A DNA stretch of 64,000 bases from Escherichia coli (lineage in GTDB: Bacteria > Pseudomonadota > Gammaproteobacteria > Enterobacterales > Enterobacteriaceae), in the NCBI RefSeq assembly GCF_044647545.1, contig NZ_CP172818.1. One strand, 5' to 3'. The translations under genes were made by a program, and so were the position numbers. The first letter of the stretch is position 1, and each line of letters opens with the position of its first letter. Positions 59,312 through 64,000 of this stretch are shown in pieces. A model generated the notes under the pieces. The model had not been told where the DNA came from and did not search any database. It worked only from the letters and a program-made list of their open reading frames with translations.

Positions 59312-59497
59312 ACAACAAAGCCGGGAATTACCCGGCTTTGTTATGGAATAAGGCGGTGCCTAACTCGACGTTTCGCCCGAGGGTTGATATAGCTACGCTG
59401 ATATCAGAAGTTGGACGGCAGGCACCTTGTTGTGCGTCATTCGAATTTTATGTAGCACGTCCCGAAGGGGCTGACATAAGTCGGTGAATGAGCCACT
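59312..59497 (-). ncRNA. glmY: GlmY small RNA (regulator of the GlmZ/glmS cascade)
   Basis: Minus strand reads AGTGGCTCATTCACCGACTTATGTCAGCCCCTTCGGGACGTGCTACATAAAATTCGAATGACG...AAAGCCGGGTAATTCCCGGCTTTGTTGT, matching GlmY as I recall it; intrinsic terminator hairpin at the 3' end. Not in the ORF track. Confidence 0.8.
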
Positions 59498-59508
59498 GGT
59501 TACTATTA

Positions 59509-59524
59509 TGCAGTAACTGTGCCA
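59509..59524 (-). promoter_or_regulatory. Sigma54 (-24/-12) promoter of glmY
   Basis: Minus strand TGGCAC-AGTTA-CTGCA (GG-N10-GC spacing), with the GC element about 13 nt upstream of the glmY 5' end. Confidence 0.7.
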
Positions 59525-59612
59525 ATAAAGAAAATAGTTTGGTAACGTACTGATTGTACGCTGTTTTGAAGGGGTTATGGCTTCTTCGCTATTTGGCTGT
59601 AAATCAGCCACT

Positions 59613-59726
59613 GTGTCGCTAAAAAGAGACAACTTAAGATAAACTTATTAGATGCCATTAAAATCAATTAGTTAAGTGTCGCCAGAAAGCGACACGGTAA
59701 ACCACCCATTGTCGTGATTTACAGAC
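59613..59726. promoter_or_regulatory. Three GlrR-type activator binding sites upstream of glmY
   Basis: Three 18-bp inverted repeats of form TGTCN10GACA: TGTCGCTAAAAAGAGACA (59613-59630), TGTCGCCAGAAAGCGACA (59676-59693), TGTCGTGATTTACAGACA (59709-59726), at about -116 to -229 from the glmY 5' end. Confidence 0.65.
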
Positions 59727-59735
59727 ACAAAAAAG

Positions 59736-59760
59736 CTCCCGAAGTTGGGAGCTTATAATA
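59736..59760 (-). terminator. Rho-independent terminator of purL
   Basis: Minus strand hairpin GCTCCCAACTTCGGGAGC followed by TTTTTTGT, about 50 nt downstream of the purL stop. Confidence 0.6.
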
Positions 59761-59811
59761 GTAGTTGGTGCTTAATGCCTCATCCGGCTGCAAAACCAAT
59801 GGGTTGACGGC

Positions 59812-62800
59812 TTACCCCAACTGCTTACGTGCATTGCGGAAAATACGCATCCACGGCCCATCCTCGCCCCAGTTTTCCGGATGCCAGGAGTTACTGACAG
59901 TACGGAAAACACGTTCCGGGTGCGGCATCATAATGGTGACTCGACCGCTTTCAGTCGTGACCGCCGTAATACCATTCGGAGAACCGTTCGGGTTAGCCGG
60001 GTATGTTTCAGTGACTTTGCCGAAGTTATCGACATAGCGCAGTGCCACCAGCCCTTTGCTTTCCAGTGCCGCCAGATGCGCCGCATCACGCACTTCCACG
60101 CGCCCTTCACCGTGAGAGACAGCAATCGGCATCTGCGAGCCCACCATCCCCTGCAACAGCAGCGACGGGCTTTGGGTTACTTCTACCAGACTGAAACGCG
60201 CTTCAAAGCGATCGGAGGTGTTACGCACAAAACGTGGCCACAACTCGCTACCAGGGATCAGTTCACGCAGATTAGACATCATCTGGCAACCGTTACATAC
60301 CCCCAGCGCCAGCGTTTGCGGACGGTGGAAGAAGGTTGCAAACTCATCGCGTACACGGTCATTGAACAGGATAGACTTCGCCCAACCTTCACCGGCACCC
60401 AGTACATCACCGTAGGAGAAACCACCGCACGCGACCAGGGCGTGGAAATCCTCCAGGCCCGTGCGTCCAGCCAGCAGGTCGCTCATATGCACGTCGATAG
60501 CATCGAAGCCTGCACGGTGGAAAGCTGCCGCCATTTCAACATGCGAGTTCACGCCCTGCTCACGCAGTACGGCAACTTTCGGACGTGCGCCAGTGGCAAT
60601 ATACGGTGCTGCCACATCTTCGTTGATATCGAACGACAGTTTCACATTCAGGCCCGGATCGGCGTCGTTTGATTTCGCCTGGTGCTCCTGGTCAGCACAC
60701 TCCGGGTTGTCACGCAGACGCTGCATCTGCCAGGTAGTTTCTGCCCACCAGACACGCAACGTGGTGCGGCTTTCGCTAAATACAGTCTGCCCGTTGGCAG
60801 TAATCACAAAATGGTCACCGGAAACCGCCTGCCCTACATAATGGACGCAATCCGCAAGCCCATGCTGCGCCAGTACGGACTCGACCGCTTCACGGTCAGC
60901 GGCACGAACCTGAATCACCGCACCCAGTTCTTCGTTAAACAACGCCGCCAGGCGATCGTCACCCAGAGAGGCGATATCTGCGTCAATGCCACAATGACCA
61001 GCAAAGGCCATTTCCGCCAGCGTTACCAGCAGGCCGCCATCAGAGCGGTCGTGATATGCCAGCAGCTTACGTTGTGCAACCAGCGCCTGAATCGCGTCAT
61101 AGAAGCCTTTCAGTTGCGCAACATCGCGTACATCTGCCGGTTTGTCGCCAAGCTGACGATAAACCTGCGCCAGCGCCGTTGCGCCCAGCGCGTTATTGCC
61201 TTTGCCCAGATCAATCAGCAGTAATGCGTTATCTTCGGTAGAAAGCTGCGGCGTGATGGTGTGACGCACATCTTCCACACGGGCAAATGCAGAAATCACC
61301 AGCGACAGCGGCGACGTCATTTCGCGCTCTTCGTTACCTTCCTGCCAGCGGGTTTTCATCGACATAGAGTCTTTACCCACCGGGATCGTCAGGCCCAGCG
61401 CCGGACAAAGTTCTTCGCCCACAGCTTTAACGGCTTCATACAGGCCCGCATCTTCACCAGGGTGGCCTGCCGCCGCCATCCAGTTGGCGGAAAGTTTAAT
61501 GCGTTTGATATCGCCAATCTGTGTTGCGGCAATATTGGTTAACGCTTCACCGACCGCCAGACGGGCAGAGGCGGCGAAATCCAGCAGCGCAACCGGCGCA
61601 CGCTCGCCAATCGCCATCGCTTCGCCGTAGTAGCTATCGAGGCTGGCGGTAGTGACCGCGCAGTTAGCGACCGGCACCTGCCACGGACCCACCATCTGAT
61701 CGCGCGCTACCATGCCGGTTACGCTGCGGTCACCAATGGTCACCAGGAAAGTTTTCTCCGCCACGGTCGGCAGGTGCAGCACGCGTTTCACCGCGTCAGC
61801 AATGGTAATCCCTTCACGAACCAGCGCATCACCCTTCGCTTTCAGCGTTTGTACTTCGCGGGTCATCTTCGGCGTTTTACCAAGCAGTACGTCCAGCGGC
61901 AGATCGATCGGCTGATTATCAAAATGACGATCGTGCAAAGAAAGATGTAATTCTTCGGTGGCCTCGCCAATCACCGCGTATGGCGCGCGCTCACGCTTAC
62001 ACAGTTCGTCAAACAGCGGTAACTGATCGGCAGCAACCGCCAGCACGTAGCGTTCCTGGGATTCGTTACACCAGATTTCCAGCGGGCTCATGCCCGGTTC
62101 GTCGCTCAGGATATCGCGCAGTTCGAATTTACCGCCGCGCCCGCCGTCGCTCACCAGTTCCGGCATGGCGTTAGAAAGACCGCCTGCGCCAACGTCGTGG
62201 ATAAACAGGATTGGGTTGGCATCACCAAGCTGCCAGCAACGGTCGATCACTTCCTGGCAGCGACGCTCCATCTCCGGGTTGTCGCGCTGTACGGAAGCAA
62301 AGTCGAGGTCCGCATCAGACTGACCAGATGCCATGGAAGACGCCGCGCCGCCGCCAAGACCGATGTTCATTGCCGGGCCGCCGAGAACGACCAGCTTCGC
62401 ACCAACGTTGATCTCGCCTTTTTGTACGTGATCGGCGCGAATGTTGCCGATCCCACCCGCCAGCATGATCGGTTTGTGATAACCGCGCAGCTCTTCGCCA
62501 TTGTGGCTGTTCACTTTTTCTTCATAAGTACGGAAGTAGCCGTTCAGTGCCGGGCGACCAAATTCGTTGTTAAACGCCGCGCCGCCCAGCGGGCCTTCGG
62601 TCATGATGTCCAGCGCGGTGACAATGCGCTCAGGCTTACCGAAATCTTCTTCCCACGGCTGTTCAAAGCCCGGAATACGCAAGTTGGATACGGAGAAACC
62701 GACCAGACCGGCTTTCGGCTTTGCGCCACGCCCGGTGGCACCTTCATCGCGGATTTCACCGCCGGAACCGGTCGCCGCGCCCGGCCACGGAGAAATCGCC

Positions 62801-63699
62801 GTCGGGTGGTTGTGAGTTTCGACTTTCATCAGAATATGCGCCGGTTCCTGATGGAAATCGTAGCGGCCCGTTTCGTGGTCAGCAAAGTAGCGGCCCACTT
62901 CAGACCCTTCCATGACGGCGGCGTTATCTTTATAAGCAGAGAGAACGTGATCCGGCGTGGTTTCGAAGGTGTTTTTGATCATCTTGAACAGCGATTTCGG
63001 CTGCTGTTCACCGTCGATAATCCAGTCGGCGTTAAAAATTTTGTGACGGCAGTGCTCGGAGTTCGCCTGCGCGAACATATACAGCTCGATGTCGTTCGGG
63101 TTACGACCAAGCTTTGTGAACGCATCCTGCAGATAGTCAATCTCATCTTCCGCCAGCGCCAGACCAAGACGCAGGTTAGCGTCGATTAGCGCCTGACGGC
63201 CCTGCCCCAGCAAATCAATGCTGGTGACCGGGGTTGGCTGATGATGAGCAAACAACTGCTCTGCATCATCTAAAGCAAAAAAGACCGTTTCCATCATGCG
63301 GTCGTGCAGTTCAGCGGTCACCTGCTGCCATTGTTCATTAGTCAGCGTACCGGCTTCTATATAGTAAGCCACGCCGCGCTCAAGGCGGTTTACCTGTTGT
63401 AGACCGCAATTATGGGCGATATCGGTCGCTTTCGAAGACCAGGGAGAGATGGTGCCAGGACGCGGGGTCACCAGCAGGAGTTTGCCTTGCGGGGCGTGGC
63501 TGGCGAGTGCCGGGCCATATTTCAGCAGGCGTTCAAGTTGTGCGTGCTCATCATCGTTTAACGGCGCATTGAGGTCAGCAAAATGGACATACTCGGCGTA
63601 AATATTGTGAACCGGGAGCCTGGCAGCCTGAAAACGTGCCAGCAGTTTGTTGATTCGGAATGCCGACAATGCAGGCGAACCACGCAGAATTTCCATCAT
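59812..63699 (-). CDS. purL: Phosphoribosylformylglycinamidine synthase (FGAM synthase, large single-chain form)
   Basis: Track ORF 59812..63855 contains [40 protein letters not shown]... after a 52-codon extension; 1295 aa. Confidence 0.95.
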   Translation of the reverse strand: MMEILRGSPALSAFRINKLLARFQAARLPVHNIYAEYVHFADLNAPLNDDEHAQLERLLKYGPALASHAPQGKLLLVTPRPGTISPWSSKATDIAHNCGLQQVNRLERGVAYYIEAGTLTNEQWQQVTAELHDRMMETVFFALDDAEQLFAHHQPTPVTSIDLLGQGRQALIDANLRLGLALAEDEIDYLQDAFTKLGRNPNDIELYMFAQANSEHCRHKIFNADWIIDGEQQPKSLFKMIKNTFETTPDHVLSAYKDNAAVMEGSEVGRYFADHETGRYDFHQEPAHILMKVETHNHPTAISPWPGAATGSGGEIRDEGATGRGAKPKAGLVGFSVSNLRIPGFEQPWEEDFGKPERIVTALDIMTEGPLGGAAFNNEFGRPALNGYFRTYEEKVNSHNGEELRGYHKPIMLAGGIGNIRADHVQKGEINVGAKLVVLGGPAMNIGLGGGAASSMASGQSDADLDFASVQRDNPEMERRCQEVIDRCWQLGDANPILFIHDVGAGGLSNAMPELVSDGGRGGKFELRDILSDEPGMSPLEIWCNESQERYVLAVAADQLPLFDELCKRERAPYAVIGEATEELHLSLHDRHFDNQPIDLPLDVLLGKTPKMTREVQTLKAKGDALVREGITIADAVKRVLHLPTVAEKTFLVTIGDRSVTGMVARDQMVGPWQVPVANCAVTTASLDSYYGEAMAIGERAPVALLDFAASARLAVGEALTNIAATQIGDIKRIKLSANWMAAAGHPGEDAGLYEAVKAVGEELCPALGLTIPVGKDSMSMKTRWQEGNEEREMTSPLSLVISAFARVEDVRHTITPQLSTEDNALLLIDLGKGNNALGATALAQVYRQLGDKPADVRDVAQLKGFYDAIQALVAQRKLLAYHDRSDGGLLVTLAEMAFAGHCGIDADIASLGDDRLAALFNEELGAVIQVRAADREAVESVLAQHGLADCVHYVGQAVSGDHFVITANGQTVFSESRTTLRVWWAETTWQMQRLRDNPECADQEHQAKSNDADPGLNVKLSFDINEDVAAPYIATGARPKVAVLREQGVNSHVEMAAAFHRAGFDAIDVHMSDLLAGRTGLEDFHALVACGGFSYGDVLGAGEGWAKSILFNDRVRDEFATFFHRPQTLALGVCNGCQMMSNLRELIPGSELWPRFVRNTSDRFEARFSLVEVTQSPSLLLQGMVGSQMPIAVSHGEGRVEVRDAAHLAALESKGLVALRYVDNFGKVTETYPANPNGSPNGITAVTTESGRVTIMMPHPERVFRTVSNSWHPENWGEDGPWMRIFRNARKQLG

Positions 63700-63776
63700 A
63701 AGTCTCTCGTCTTCTAAGCTTTCGGTGTACCCAAGGGGGGGGAAACGGGCGTCATTATAAAGAATCTGATGCGCTG

Positions 63777-63792
63777 ACGAAACCGTTTGCGT
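63777..63792. promoter_or_regulatory. PurR operator (pur box) in the purL promoter
   Basis: ACGAAACCGTTTGCGT, a near-perfect palindrome matching the pur-box consensus ACGCAAACGTTTTCNT on the opposite strand, about 80 nt upstream of the purL ATG. Confidence 0.55.
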
Positions 63793-63957
63793 GGAAATAA
63801 AATCACCATCGTGAATTAGCAACGCGTGCCGCCAATGGCTGTAATAAGTTGCCAACTGGCGCAGGTTTACGCAAAATGCCGCTCATTTATGAGTAAACCT
63901 TTCACTATTATTACGTTTTTTCAAGCTGGGACGCGCACGACACAGAGAATTAACTAA

Positions 63958-64000
63958 TTGAAAAAATTAAAGATTAATTATCTGTTCATCGGCATTCTGG
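63958..64000 (+). CDS. mltF: Membrane-bound lytic murein transglycosylase F, first 14 codons only (runs off the window end)
   Basis: TTG AAA AAA TTA AAG ATT AAT TAT CTG TTC ATC GGC ATT CTG reads (M)KKLKINYLFIGIL, matching the MltF signal peptide as I recall it. TTG start and identity are tentative. Confidence 0.5.
   Translation, partial: MKKLKINYLFIGIL

Overview
This window is a colinear stretch of Escherichia coli core chromosome (K-12-like), running from inside guaA to the first codons of mltF, and I found no novel or foreign system in it. Gene order is guaA-guaB / xseA / yfgJ / der-bamB-yfgM-hisS-ispG-rodZ-rlmN / ndk / pbpC-yfhM / sseA / ryfA region / sseB / pepB / iscX-fdx-hscA-hscB-iscA-iscU-iscS-iscR / trmJ / suhB / yfhR / csiE / hcaT / hcaR / hcaEFCBD / yphA-yphH / glyA / hmp / glnB / glrR-qseG-glrK / glmY / purL / mltF. 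Gene identities come from reading the translations and recognising the proteins from memory; nothing was searched against a database. There is no integrase, transposase, IS element, CRISPR array, tRNA or rRNA, and nothing looks horizontally acquired. The most notable observation is a roughly 270-bp patch at the convergent xseA/yfgJ 3' ends where both reading frames are broken, while every other gene I could length-check agrees with the K-12 protein length as I recall it. Other points worth a second look are the sseA-sseB intergenic region (ryfA locus, candidate small ORFs, duplicated terminator modules), the glmY sRNA with its sigma54 promoter and three GlrR-type operators, and the poorly characterised yph cluster. 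Many long plus/minus ORFs in the supplied track are antisense shadows of real genes, and several track ORFs carry spurious N-terminal extensions; the features below use the corrected starts.
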